Shown in pieces: positions 1-9,754 of a stretch of DNA of 64,000 nucleotides. The notes beneath the pieces are model-generated. The model was not told the DNA's origin. It did not search any database and saw only the letters and a program-made list of their open reading frames with translations. Source of the stretch: Thermoanaerobaculia bacterium (GTDB lineage Bacteria; Acidobacteriota; Thermoanaerobaculia; Multivoradales; UBA5704); contig JBGAGQ010000001.1 of the NCBI GenBank assembly GCA_044226625.1, positions 1 to 64,000 on the forward strand. The letters run 5' to 3'. Every line of letters starts with the position of its first letter. Within the stretch, counting starts at the first letter, position 1. Made by a program: the position numbers and the translations under genes.

Positions 1-5
1 CCTAC

Positions 6-269
6 GTGCTCGTCCGTCACAAAGTTCAGGATTTCGCGAAGTGGAAGCAGTTCTTCGACGCCGACGCCGGGGTCCGTGCGGGAGCGGGGATGCGCGACCA
101 TCTCGTGCTGCGCAACGCCGACGATCCGGCGGAGGTCGTCGCCGTATTTGAAACCGACGACCTCGCCGCCGCCCGCGAATTCGCCGTTCGGCCCGAGCTC
201 CGCGAAGTCATGGAGAAAGCGGGCGTCGTCGGTCGCCCCGACATCGTCTTCCTCGAAGACGCTCGTTGA
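6..269 (+). CDS. Small dimeric alpha/beta-barrel (cyclase/ABM-like) protein; start may lie off-window
   Basis: VRHKVQDFAKWKQFFD…RNADDP…ELREVMEKAGV pattern typical of this family; GC3-rich codons. Confidence 0.65.
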   Translation: MLVRHKVQDFAKWKQFFDADAGVRAGAGMRDHLVLRNADDPAEVVAVFETDDLAAAREFAVRPELREVMEKAGVVGRPDIVFLEDAR

Positions 270-324
270 GGTCGGCCTTTCGAGGCTCGTTGCCGACGGC
301 GAATCGGTTACCTCGGAAATGACC

Positions 325-873
325 TCAGGCCTCCTCGACCGTAGCTCGGTCTCGTTCGTCAAGCGCTCGAACGATCCTGGCGCTGGTGACGATTTGCCCG
401 ACGTGCCTCTGCGTGTGCTCGGCCGCATGAAAGAGCAACCCGAGGACGGTCGAGGGGAGTTGAAGGCGGCCCACCCCTCGGGGTTCGAGAAGCGTCGCTT
501 CGGGCGTCGTTCGAAGCTGCGCCAGCGCCAGGCTCACCTGTCGCTCGAATTCCTGCGCCAGGAGCTGCGCTGAGGTGGGCGGATCCCCAGAATTCCCTTC
601 GTCCGCCAGGGCGGCCTGTTGCGTTGCTATCAGGCTCTCCCTTCGCGCGTAAGTGAAAAGACGATCCAAGCTTCCGGTCGCGTGGCGAACATGGAAGCCC
701 ACGGACGGGGCGCCCAACAGTTGAGCCCAGAGCTGCTTGTCGGAAAGGACCTCGACGGCACGCCGCACGTCTTCTACCGCCTGAAGGAGAGCATGAGCTA
801 CGGGCTGCAGGAGCCCCGGGATTTCGGGGACCGGGCCGCGGAGCCACGGTTCGGGAGGATGGTGGGGAATCAC
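325..873 (-). CDS. DinB family protein
   Basis: PSVGFHVRH…LLFHAAEHTQRHVGQ His-rich DinB motifs. Confidence 0.85.
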   Translation of the reverse strand: MIPHHPPEPWLRGPVPEIPGLLQPVAHALLQAVEDVRRAVEVLSDKQLWAQLLGAPSVGFHVRHATGSLDRLFTYARRESLIATQQAALADEGNSGDPPTSAQLLAQEFERQVSLALAQLRTTPEATLLEPRGVGRLQLPSTVLGLLFHAAEHTQRHVGQIVTSARIVRALDERDRATVEEA

Positions 874-1025
874 ACCTTGATCGTAGCTCCTTTCGTCGTA
901 GCTCCGCCTCAGAAGATCCCACGGCGACCTCGCCTACTGGAGCCGAATGATCGGTCGCGGACCGCGCGGATTCTTTGCAGCGCTATAATTGAGTCCTACA
1001 ACAAACAATCGCCAAGGAGGACGTC

Positions 1026-1304
1026 ATGATTGCGACCAAGTTCAAGGCTCTTCTGGTTGGTACTGCGATCCTCGCACTGTCGGCTCTGGCCATGGCCGTT
1101 TTCGCGCAGGCGGAGAGACCGACGGGACAGGTGGCGGCAACTATCCAATACAAGCTCGTGCCGATACCCAACGTAGCGACCCAAGCCCAGCTCCAGAGCA
1201 TTTTGACTACCCAAGGCAATGGCGGCTGGCGGCTGCTCGGTCCGTACGCTGTAGGTACCGGACCGATTCCCAACCAGACCGTCTTGGCGTTCTCAAAGCC
1301 CTAG
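1026..1304 (+). CDS. Small secreted protein, DUF4177-like
   Basis: AAGGAGG RBS; signal peptide; QYKLV…LTTQGNGGWRL…LAFSKP resembles DUF4177; TATAAT at 984-989. Confidence 0.6.
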   Translation: MIATKFKALLVGTAILALSALAMAVFAQAERPTGQVAATIQYKLVPIPNVATQAQLQSILTTQGNGGWRLLGPYAVGTGPIPNQTVLAFSKP

Positions 1305-1368
1305 AGACTGATTTGAACCCCTGGCCCTCCAGAACGAAAGTCCACGGCTCCAGCTACGGTGCGAAGCT

Positions 1369-2565
1369 CTATGGCGACGTCGCCGTCGTCAGGAAGCGCA
1401 TCCACTCGCCCCGGAGCGGAATCGTCCAGCGCGGTCCCGAGGGGCCGCAGACGGCGTTCGCGGGTCCCGCCGTCGGGGACTCGGGGGTGCAGCCGAGGAC
1501 GTCGCAAATGGAGGCAAGGTAGCGCTCGACTTTGCGTTCGGTGAGGAGCGAGACGAAGCGGATCGGCCGGTTCTGCGGCCGGAAGAAATCGTCGTAGTGG
1601 CCCACCAGGACGTGACGCGGGCGTAGCGCTTCGAGGATCGCAGCCGGCTGGCCGGGCGCCTTGTCGTAAGAGGCGATGCAGAGGACGGCGAGATCGTACG
1701 GATGCCCATCGGCAAACGGCGGCGGCTCACCGACGCCCGCGAGGTTCGCGGAGTCCTGGTAGTAGATGCGGAACTTTACGGTCGAAAGATCGTCCGCCAG
1801 AAGATCGATCACCAACGCGAAGGTTCGGCCGACCTGAAGCTCGCGAAACCTGTGGGAGGGCCAGGGCGTCCGCCAGTCCTCGTCCACGCTCCGGCTCGCC
1901 CAAAGGTAGTGGTCGATCTGCGGCGCGTGGCTCGAGAGCACGGGATAGAAGCGGATCGGCAGTTTTTCGCTTCCGCGGGTGAGCCAGGTCCAACGGTTCG
2001 CGATGCCTTCGAGAGGTGTCGTGCGCGCGGCGGCGTAAGGAGCCAAGGTGTGGGCGGCCGATTCGTTGACGAAGACGTGCGCGCCGGTCGCGCGTTCGAG
2101 CAGGACGGGAAAGTCGCCGACGTGGTCGTAGTGGGCGTGCCCCGAGAAGAGCGCTCGGACCTCGGAGCCGTCGATTCCCTCGAGACCGCGCTCGATCGCG
2201 GAGCGGTCCGCTCGCCACCGGCCGAACAGGACCCGCGGCAGAGGCGGGTTCGAAAAGTAAGGCCCCAGCAGGATCGAGTCGCTCCCCCAGCGCACGTAGA
2301 GGCCCGCGGCGCCGAGGTATTTCACGTCCACGGCCGTGGGTGAGGGTTCGGCCGGGCGATCGGCCGGACGGCAGGGAGGGGCCGACAGGTCGAACCGCGA
2401 GCCGCCATGGTTCGGCGCCGTGCGCACGACATGGGCGTGGCAACCGAGACCCGCCGCAAAGACAACCGCGAGCCCGGCTACAGAAAGGAGACCGAGCCGG
2501 CGGCGCTCGAAGCCGCGCGACGCTCTCCCCCCGGAGTCGCTCTTTCGGATTCGCAAGGGTTCCAT
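1369..2565 (-). CDS. Secreted MBL-fold metallo-hydrolase (probable lipoprotein)
   Basis: GHAHYDHVGD metallo-beta-lactamase motif, GHYDDFF; hydrophobic signal ending GLGC. Confidence 0.85.
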   Translation of the reverse strand: MEPLRIRKSDSGGRASRGFERRRLGLLSVAGLAVVFAAGLGCHAHVVRTAPNHGGSRFDLSAPPCRPADRPAEPSPTAVDVKYLGAAGLYVRWGSDSILLGPYFSNPPLPRVLFGRWRADRSAIERGLEGIDGSEVRALFSGHAHYDHVGDFPVLLERATGAHVFVNESAAHTLAPYAAARTTPLEGIANRWTWLTRGSEKLPIRFYPVLSSHAPQIDHYLWASRSVDEDWRTPWPSHRFRELQVGRTFALVIDLLADDLSTVKFRIYYQDSANLAGVGEPPPFADGHPYDLAVLCIASYDKAPGQPAAILEALRPRHVLVGHYDDFFRPQNRPIRFVSLLTERKVERYLASICDVLGCTPESPTAGPANAVCGPSGPRWTIPLRGEWMRFLTTATSP

Positions 2566-2723
2566 GGAACGCAGATTCTAAAGCCTCCGGAGGCTTCGGA
2601 TCCGGAAGGGGCGTTTCGCAACCGTCTCGAAACCCGACCCCTACGGCTCGCTGATAGGACCGAGCCGGGAAATGCGCCATGGCGAGAGAACAGGCTGCAC
2701 CTCTCAAGCCAAAGGAGCCCATC

Positions 2724-5546
2724 TTGAAACCCGTCGCCCTCTTCCTTCTCCTGCTGCTGACCTTCCTCGCCCTGCCGCACGGCTCGGCGGCGCAGTCCTC
2801 CTCGCCCGTACCCCAAATCCTCGGCAGCGACCACCGCCGCTTCGTCAAGGATGGCGCTCCATGGTTCCCCCTCGGGTTCTATGGTGCGGCGCTCAACATG
2901 ACGAACGGCGAGTGGGATCACTACACCGCGACCTGCCAAGACGGCGGCCGGGACGTAGCGCCTCCCGAGAGGGCGGCCCGCTGCGCCTTCCAAACGTTCG
3001 TCGACCGACTCCAAGCGAACGGGCTCAACTACGTCCGAGCCTGGGCTAACTGGGGCGCGATTCCCGTCGGTTCGACCGCGGCAGAATGGGACTACCGGAT
3101 CGTCCATCCGTACCAGCGCTCTTCGATCCCCGGTGCGATCGACGGCGGCAACAAATTCGATCTCGACGCACCGATCAATCCCGTCTACCTCCAACTGCTC
3201 AAGGACGAGGTCGACTATGCCGCTAGTAAGGGCGTAGTGGTGCAGATCGTCCTCTTCGACGGCTGGCACGTCGCGAATCAGGCGGGCCGGGACTACTACA
3301 AGGCGGCCAACAACGTAACGTCCGACGAGAAGGCGGGGCACGTCGATTGGGCCACCACCGCCGACTGGACCAACCCCACCCACGCGGTGGCGAAATATCA
3401 GAAGCGCCTCGTCGCCGCGGTGGTCGGCGCGCTGCGGAATCGGCCCAACATCATCTGGGAGACCTGCAACGAAGATCAGACGAAGAACGTCTCCACCCCC
3501 TCGACCGCCGTGTCCTCCTGGGATCAGTCGATCGGCACGGAGATCGCCCTCGCCGATAGCAATCCACCGCACCTGATCATGCCGATCGATCTGCCGGAGC
3601 ACCGGACGGTCGCGGGGTACCGGACGCCGGCCCCCTCGAGCGCCGAATCGGTCGAAGCGATGCACAACCGGCTCCGTGATACGCAGCACGGTTGGGACCT
3701 GCCGTTGATCACCGACAACGACTGCTGCGATCCTGCGCTCGGCGACTACGGCGACATTCCGCGCGAGAAGGCCTGGGGAGCGCTCACCGCGGGGGCGCAC
3801 ACGAACTTCTTCATCGATCACATCGCGATCGTGAAGGATCTGATGAACAATCGGAGCGACATCGATCGCGGCATGCGGGAGGTGGGCAACGTCAACCGTT
3901 TCTTGACCTCGGCGGGCGTCGATCTGGTCGACATGGTTCCGTCGGACGACAAGATCGTCGGCGGCACCGGCGCATGGGCGTACGCTCGTCCCAACGACGA
4001 ATTCGTGGTCTACCTTCGCAAGGCCGGGAACCAGGCTCCCTCCGTCACCCTCTCGGCTCTGCCGAACGGCTTCGTCGCGAAGTGGTTCGACCCGCGCGGC
4101 AGCACCGCTCCCTTCCTCGCGACCGGCGGTCCGACCTTCACCGCGCCCACCTCCGGCGACTGGGTGCTCCACGTCAAGGGCCAACCGCTCTCGATCTGCC
4201 AGCAACCGGCCGCGGCGAGCGCCTCTCTCGGCGGAAACGTGCTGTTCCAGGCCGCCGCTTGCGGCGGCGTGGCACCCCTCTCGTACCGCTGGCAGTACAG
4301 CTCGAACGGCACCTCCTATACCAATCTCGCCGACGGCTTCGGAGTCTCGGGCTCGGCGACGCCGTCGATGACCGTAGCCGGGGTGGGACCGAGCCGCAAC
4401 GGGTTCTACCGGCTCCGCGTCACGGACTCGTCGCCGGGGGCCGCCCAGGTCTTCTCGAACGGCGCTCAGCTCATCGTCTCCACCACGACGACGCTGACGC
4501 TCTGCACGAACACCCCCGGCCTCAACGTCACCCCGGGCTCTTCGGGATCGCTTTCGGGCTTCGCCTGCGGCGGGAGTCCTCCCTATTTCTACCGTTGGCA
4601 AATCAGCTCGAACGGCAGCACCTGGAGCGATCTCTCGAACGTGGCTCCCTACTCGGGAGTCACCGGACCCACGCTTTCGATCTCTTCGATCTACGCCGGC
4701 CAGGTCGGCTACTACCGTGTCCGCATCACGGACTCGGCCACGCCGCCGGCGCAGGCGATCTCGGCTCCGGCCCCGGTCACGCTCACGGCCACCTGCACGC
4801 CCGGGCCGAACACGCTCTGCCTCCAGAACGGCCGCTTCAAAGTGGAAGGATCCTTCTTCACCGGAGGTCCGGAGCAGGCCGCCTTCGCGACCTCCTACAG
4901 CAATTGGGGGGGATTCTTCTGGTTCTTCAGCTCGAGCAACACGGAGGTGGGCGTTAAGGTGCTCCAGGGTCCCGCGTCGTGGTGGGTGTTCCACGGCGCG
5001 GCGACCGACCAGCACTACAAGCTGACGGTGACCGACCTGCAGACGGGCGCGCAGAAGATCTACGACCGCGCCGGAGGAAACCTGTGCGGCGGCCGGGACT
5101 ACCAGGCCTTTCCGCTCGGGAACCTGAGTTTCGCGCCGAGCGGATCGGTGGCGTCGCAGGTCGGCCAATCCCCGGCGTCCGCAACGGCTAGCAGTCGCCC
5201 GTTCGGCAACGTCGCGGGCAGCTGCGTGCCGAGCGCGACGCGGATCTGCCAGCTCGACGGCCGGTTCCAGGTCGAGATCAAGCGCGGCGGCGTGCCGCAG
5301 CCGGGGCTCGCGATCAACACCAGCACGGGCGTCTACTGGTTCTACATCCAGGACAACGCCGAGGTGTTCATCAAGGTCCTCGACGCCCGGGCGATCAACC
5401 ATCGCTATTGGGTCTACTGGGGATCGATGAGCGATCAGGAGTTCGACATCGTCGTCACCGATACGGTGACCGGTGCGTTCAAGACGTACCACAACGCGCT
5501 CGGCACCTATTGCGGCGGCGGCGACACGGACGCCTTCCCCGAATAG
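2724..5546 (+). CDS. Secreted multidomain protein: glycoside-hydrolase-like barrel, beta-sandwich domain, two Ig-like domains, two Cys-containing C-terminal repeats
   Basis: TTG start after AAGGAG (ORF open from 2679); signal peptide; IWETCNE clan-A-like motif; WFDPRG; two YRWQ…GxYRxRxTDS Ig repeats. Confidence 0.75.
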   Translation: MKPVALFLLLLLTFLALPHGSAAQSSSPVPQILGSDHRRFVKDGAPWFPLGFYGAALNMTNGEWDHYTATCQDGGRDVAPPERAARCAFQTFVDRLQANGLNYVRAWANWGAIPVGSTAAEWDYRIVHPYQRSSIPGAIDGGNKFDLDAPINPVYLQLLKDEVDYAASKGVVVQIVLFDGWHVANQAGRDYYKAANNVTSDEKAGHVDWATTADWTNPTHAVAKYQKRLVAAVVGALRNRPNIIWETCNEDQTKNVSTPSTAVSSWDQSIGTEIALADSNPPHLIMPIDLPEHRTVAGYRTPAPSSAESVEAMHNRLRDTQHGWDLPLITDNDCCDPALGDYGDIPREKAWGALTAGAHTNFFIDHIAIVKDLMNNRSDIDRGMREVGNVNRFLTSAGVDLVDMVPSDDKIVGGTGAWAYARPNDEFVVYLRKAGNQAPSVTLSALPNGFVAKWFDPRGSTAPFLATGGPTFTAPTSGDWVLHVKGQPLSICQQPAAASASLGGNVLFQAAACGGVAPLSYRWQYSSNGTSYTNLADGFGVSGSATPSMTVAGVGPSRNGFYRLRVTDSSPGAAQVFSNGAQLIVSTTTTLTLCTNTPGLNVTPGSSGSLSGFACGGSPPYFYRWQISSNGSTWSDLSNVAPYSGVTGPTLSISSIYAGQVGYYRVRITDSATPPAQAISAPAPVTLTATCTPGPNTLCLQNGRFKVEGSFFTGGPEQAAFATSYSNWGGFFWFFSSSNTEVGVKVLQGPASWWVFHGAATDQHYKLTVTDLQTGAQKIYDRAGGNLCGGRDYQAFPLGNLSFAPSGSVASQVGQSPASATASSRPFGNVAGSCVPSATRICQLDGRFQVEIKRGGVPQPGLAINTSTGVYWFYIQDNAEVFIKVLDARAINHRYWVYWGSMSDQEFDIVVTDTVTGAFKTYHNALGTYCGGGDTDAFPE

Positions 5547-5585
5547 CGAGGGACGAAGTCTCGCTCGCGGGCTGCCTCCCGCGTG

Positions 5586-5621
5586 AAGAAGGGACCGGGC
5601 GCCTCGTCCCGGTCCCTTCTT
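5586..5621. terminator. Bidirectional intrinsic terminator
   Basis: AAGAAGGGACCGGG-N8-CCCGGTCCCTTCTT hairpin between convergent genes. Confidence 0.8.
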
Positions 5622-5622
5622 T

Positions 5623-7080
5623 TCATTTCGAATAGAGCGAGATCACCGCGTCGAGCTCGCGCCGGCAGACGGCGCAGAAATCCACGTCGTCGCGGCTGAA
5701 CATGACGCAATCGAGCTGGGGCCGATTGTAGATGTGCTCCTGATGGGCGGCCCCTTCGAAGGCACCGACCGTCGAGGGGTCCGCGGGCTCGCCTCCGCCG
5801 TCCGGCGCTTTGCCGTGGGCGAGCATCTCGGTCGATTTCTTCTTCTCCTCTTCCCGCGCGGCATCGAAGTCGGATTCCGGACGGTGCGCCTCGCGCATCG
5901 TCTTCAGTTGATCGCGGACGTCCCAGCCGACCGAGCGGTACGCGTCCTTCTCCCAAGGGGTATCGAGCGGCACGCCGGGGGTGAGCAGATCCCGCCATTT
6001 GATCGACTCCGGGGCGTCGCCCAGCGTGATGTTGCGCTGCCAGGGCTCGCCGTAGCTGAAGAAGCCGCCGCCCGCGTTGGCCCACTCCCAGGTGAAGTTT
6101 TCGACCGCGAGACCGGCGAGGCTTTGCCCCAGCTCGTGGGCGATCAAATAGGGCGCCCAGACGCTCTTGGCCGCCACCACCGCCGCGCCGTTGAAGATCC
6201 CGGAACCGCCGTAGACGTTCGAGTTCGAGAGGATCACCAGCGCGTCATACGGCGCGTTCGAGGCGATCGCGCGGAGATCGCGGTCGGCGAGCGTGGCGAG
6301 GTTCGACGGGATGTCGAGGACGTCGTAGGCGGTACCGAGCGGAGAGGCGCGCTCGATCCCCGCGGAGCGGCGGGTCACCCCGGCGTCGCGCGCCTCGGGG
6401 AGGAGCGCCCAGACGTTCAGATCGTCGCGCCGATCGCCGAACGGCTCGTGCTCGAACAGCGCCGCGGTGAGACGGCGCGCGTCGGCGAGAAACTCGTCGC
6501 GTTCCGCCGACGTGTAGCCGTCGCCCAGGAACAGCAGATCGAGCTTGCGGCTCGACGGCCCGCGCTTCTGGATCTCCACCACGCGGCCGGCCGCGGGCGG
6601 CGCGCCGCGCGCGATCGAGGGATCGGCCGGATCGATCACGAACGACCAGACCTCTTTGAAATCGACCGGTCCTTCGCGCCGCCGCACCCGCACGATTACC
6701 GGCTTCGCCGGCTCGGGAAAGCGCAGCGACTCCTCGAACGTCCGGTAGCGGCCGCGCGCGTCAAAGGTCGCCTGCCAAACGTCGAACCAGGTGGAGAACC
6801 CACGCGAGTAGAGGGGAACCTGCGTCGCGCGATCCGCGACCTCGAAGTAGTACTCGCCGAGTCCCGAGTCGTCGAGTGGACGCTTCGGGTTGCCCGGCCA
6901 GGGAAGAGGCTCGACCACGACGCGATCGAGCGCGAAGATCTCTTCCGCCCCGGCTTTTCCCGTGTGGTAGTAGTCGACGCGTAAGGTTCGCACAGCCGAC
7001 GACTCGGCCCGCGCGCCGCCGGCGAGCAGGGCGAGGCCGACCAGCGCGAGCGCGGTCGCCTTCCCGATCATCCCTTGCAT
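5623..7080 (-). CDS. Peptidase M64 (IgA peptidase) family homologue with degenerate Zn motif
   Basis: TLRVDYYHTG N-terminus, FLGDGYT, AFEGA, DCVM…FCAVC; HELGQSLAGLAVE in place of HExxHxxxGLxDE. Confidence 0.85.
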   Translation of the reverse strand: MQGMIGKATALALVGLALLAGGARAESSAVRTLRVDYYHTGKAGAEEIFALDRVVVEPLPWPGNPKRPLDDSGLGEYYFEVADRATQVPLYSRGFSTWFDVWQATFDARGRYRTFEESLRFPEPAKPVIVRVRRREGPVDFKEVWSFVIDPADPSIARGAPPAAGRVVEIQKRGPSSRKLDLLFLGDGYTSAERDEFLADARRLTAALFEHEPFGDRRDDLNVWALLPEARDAGVTRRSAGIERASPLGTAYDVLDIPSNLATLADRDLRAIASNAPYDALVILSNSNVYGGSGIFNGAAVVAAKSVWAPYLIAHELGQSLAGLAVENFTWEWANAGGGFFSYGEPWQRNITLGDAPESIKWRDLLTPGVPLDTPWEKDAYRSVGWDVRDQLKTMREAHRPESDFDAAREEEKKKSTEMLAHGKAPDGGGEPADPSTVGAFEGAAHQEHIYNRPQLDCVMFSRDDVDFCAVCRRELDAVISLYSK

Positions 7081-7219
7081 GGGGGTCTCCTCTTCGTCTC
7101 CCGAAATCCTGCCACCTTTTGAGACACCGCGGCGCCGTCGAACGCAACTAGGCTGGGTTTCGACCTAATCCCACGCTACCTTGCTTCCACCGAGAAGAAC
7201 CTTGCCACGGAGGAACGCG

Positions 7220-7972
7220 ATGACCACCGCCCCCACCAGCCCCTGCTGCCCGATCGTCGAGCTCCGCCAGTACACGATGAGGCCGGGACGGCGCGACGAG
7301 CTGATCGAGCTCTTCGACCGCGAGCTGGTCGAGCCGCAAGAGGCGACCGGGATGCGGGTGATCGGCCAATTTCGCGACCTCGACCGACCGGACTATTTCG
7401 TCTGGCTTCGCGGCTTCGCGTCGATGCCGGAGCGGCTCGCGGCGCTCACCGAGTTCTACTCGTCTCCGCTCTGGAAAGCCCGACGCGACGCCGTGAACGC
7501 ACCGCTGATCGACTCGGACGACGTGCTGCTCCTCCACCCGATCGGCCCCGACTCCGGTTTTCCGGAACGTCCCCACGCGCGACCTGGCCTCGACAGCTCC
7601 GAGATTCCTGCGGGCGTTTTGGTCGGGACGATCCACCACCTCGCCGCGCCGGCCGACGAGGAGTTGATCGCCCGATGGGCAGGGCCGCTCCGTGAGGCTG
7701 CGCGCGAATGCGGCGCTCCGTGGCTGGCGGCCTTCGCCACCGAACAGAGTCCGAACGACTACCCAGGCCTACCGGTCCGAGAGGGAGAAAACGTCCTCGT
7801 CGATTTCGCCCTTCACGCCGACGCCGAAAGCGAGCGTGCAAGCCGCGAAGCGATGGCGCGCTCGGCGACCTGGAACGCCGCGATCGAAGCGCTGAGGCCA
7901 TGGAGCCTCCGTGCTCCCGAGATCCTGCGCCTGACCCCGACCGGCCGATCGCGCTTGCGGGCGTCGGTTTAA
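7220..7972 (+). CDS. NIPSNAP family protein
   Basis: IVELRQYTMRPGRRD…GQFRDLDRPDYFVWLRGF. Confidence 0.85.
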   Translation: MTTAPTSPCCPIVELRQYTMRPGRRDELIELFDRELVEPQEATGMRVIGQFRDLDRPDYFVWLRGFASMPERLAALTEFYSSPLWKARRDAVNAPLIDSDDVLLLHPIGPDSGFPERPHARPGLDSSEIPAGVLVGTIHHLAAPADEELIARWAGPLREAARECGAPWLAAFATEQSPNDYPGLPVREGENVLVDFALHADAESERASREAMARSATWNAAIEALRPWSLRAPEILRLTPTGRSRLRASV

Positions 7973-9663
7973 CGGCTAGCCCTCAAAACCTCCTCGACAA
8001 CCCGCGGATCCGGGCCGTAAGGCGACATGGTGCCGAAGCAGGTCCAGGTCTTCTGGGGCGGCACCGCGCCGATCGGATAGAGGTCGACCGAGGTCGATGC
8101 GAGGCGCGCGGGATCCGAGAGATCGAACAACGCGATCTCGGCGCGGTTGCCGGTCCGGTCGCCGGGCGGGGCGTGGAACGAGTCAAGGCGCCGGCCGATC
8201 GCGCCGAGATATCCGAGCAGCATCCCCCGCTCGTCGAATCCGAACGGTCCGGAGCCGTGGGCCATCAAGATCCAGACGCGCGGCCGCCCACGCGCGACGT
8301 CGACCTCGCGCAGCAGCGCGCGCGGTTCGGCACGGTCGCAGGTCGAGCGCTCGATCCGGCCATGGAAAGGGATCGATTTCGAATACCACTCGAACGCCTG
8401 GCCCGCGCCGTAATAGACCCAGAGGGAATCTCCGGGCCGCGCGCGCGCTGCGACGTGGAGCATCACAGGCCGCAGATGCTCCGGCGTCCAGGGGGGGAGA
8501 TCGCGCGCGAGCGCGACGACGGCGAGCGGCAAGAGCGCGAGAGGGAAGAATTCGCCGGCCGCGAAGCGCAGCCCTTTCGCCACGGTCTCCGCGCCCGCTA
8601 CCACGGCGAGGAGGATCAACGGGAGAAGAAACAGTCCAAGGCGCGCGTTCGACGGGTAGAGGCGCAACGCCGAGGCGAGCAGCGCGAAGGCGAGGGGCAA
8701 GAACAAGATGAGCCCGGCCGCGAAGCGGCGAGTGACGAAGAACAGAACCCCGATTCCCAGCAGCACCGCCCAGAGCGCCGGCCACGGATAGTGAAGCGAT
8801 CCGTCGAACGGATTCGGTCCGGCCGGGCCCGAAAACAGCTCGCGGAGCCTCGCCCATCCCCAAGCGAACGGAGAATCCGAGGAGATGAACCCGTCCGACC
8901 AGAATCGCTCCAGATAGGCGCGATCGGAAGCGGGAAGGATGGATCGTGCCCGCGCGACCACGGCGGCAGCCGTCGCCGCCCAGAGCGCGGCGAGCACGAT
9001 CCGGCGCGCGCGATCGGGGACGCGGCCGGCCGTCGCGGAACCGAGGACCGCCACCGCGGCGCCCGCGATCACGAACACCGCCGCGTTCGAGAGCAACGCT
9101 CCCAGGGCGAACAGGAGCGCATGGCCGAACACGCTTCGTCTCGAAAGCGGAGATCGCTCGATTTGGAGCGCCGCGAGCGTCAGGCCGACGGCCACCGCGA
9201 CGTCGGTCGAGTACGGCTTGAAGTTCGTCGACAGCGAGATGAGGGGAACGGCGAGCGCGAAGAGCGCGGTCGCTACGATCGCACCGACCGGACGTAGCAC
9301 GCGGCGGGCTAGAACGGGAAAGAGCGCCAGGGCCGCGATGCCTCCGAGCAACGGGATCAGGCGGAGGACCTGCTCCGAACGCCCGAACAGCAAGGTCGCG
9401 ACCTTCGCCCCGTAGAGGAAGCCGGGCGGCGCCACCTGGCCGTAATCGAGAGCGCCGGCGAGTGCGCGAAACCCGCGGTCGACGACGTTTCGGGCGAGGG
9501 CCGCCTCGTCCACCCAAAGGGAAGGATTGGCGAAAAATTGCCAAAGACGTAGCCCCAATCCCACCAAGCCGGCGAGGATCAGCCCACGGTGGAGCCACCG
9601 CGGCGAGGCCGGCTCGGGCGGCGGCGCCGCACCGGCGGACGGCAAGGGTCTGGCGATGGACAT
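7969..9663 (-). CDS. GT-C membrane glycosyltransferase (ArnT/PMT, GT39-like)
   Basis: SLWVDEA, PPGF, LRLIPLL, KPYS motifs; many TM helices. Confidence 0.8.
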   Translation of the reverse strand: MSIARPLPSAGAAPPPEPASPRWLHRGLILAGLVGLGLRLWQFFANPSLWVDEAALARNVVDRGFRALAGALDYGQVAPPGFLYGAKVATLLFGRSEQVLRLIPLLGGIAALALFPVLARRVLRPVGAIVATALFALAVPLISLSTNFKPYSTDVAVAVGLTLAALQIERSPLSRRSVFGHALLFALGALLSNAAVFVIAGAAVAVLGSATAGRVPDRARRIVLAALWAATAAAVVARARSILPASDRAYLERFWSDGFISSDSPFAWGWARLRELFSGPAGPNPFDGSLHYPWPALWAVLLGIGVLFFVTRRFAAGLILFLPLAFALLASALRLYPSNARLGLFLLPLILLAVVAGAETVAKGLRFAAGEFFPLALLPLAVVALARDLPPWTPEHLRPVMLHVAARARPGDSLWVYYGAGQAFEWYSKSIPFHGRIERSTCDRAEPRALLREVDVARGRPRVWILMAHGSGPFGFDERGMLLGYLGAIGRRLDSFHAPPGDRTGNRAEIALFDLSDPARLASTSVDLYPIGAVPPQKTWTCFGTMSPYGPDPRVVEEVLRASR

Positions 9664-9754
9664 GGATCGAGTGAGCCTCGATCCTATTCTGACGGGTGCC
9701 GCGTGATTTCACCGCCGGCTCGGATCGAACCGGCGGTGAGCACTTCGATCGACG

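Noticed and set aside
2478-5492. 1004-aa antisense ORF (and similar long shadows at 20811-23327 and 36451-38598)
   Set aside because: Stop-poor antisense frames of real high-GC genes, with no motifs.
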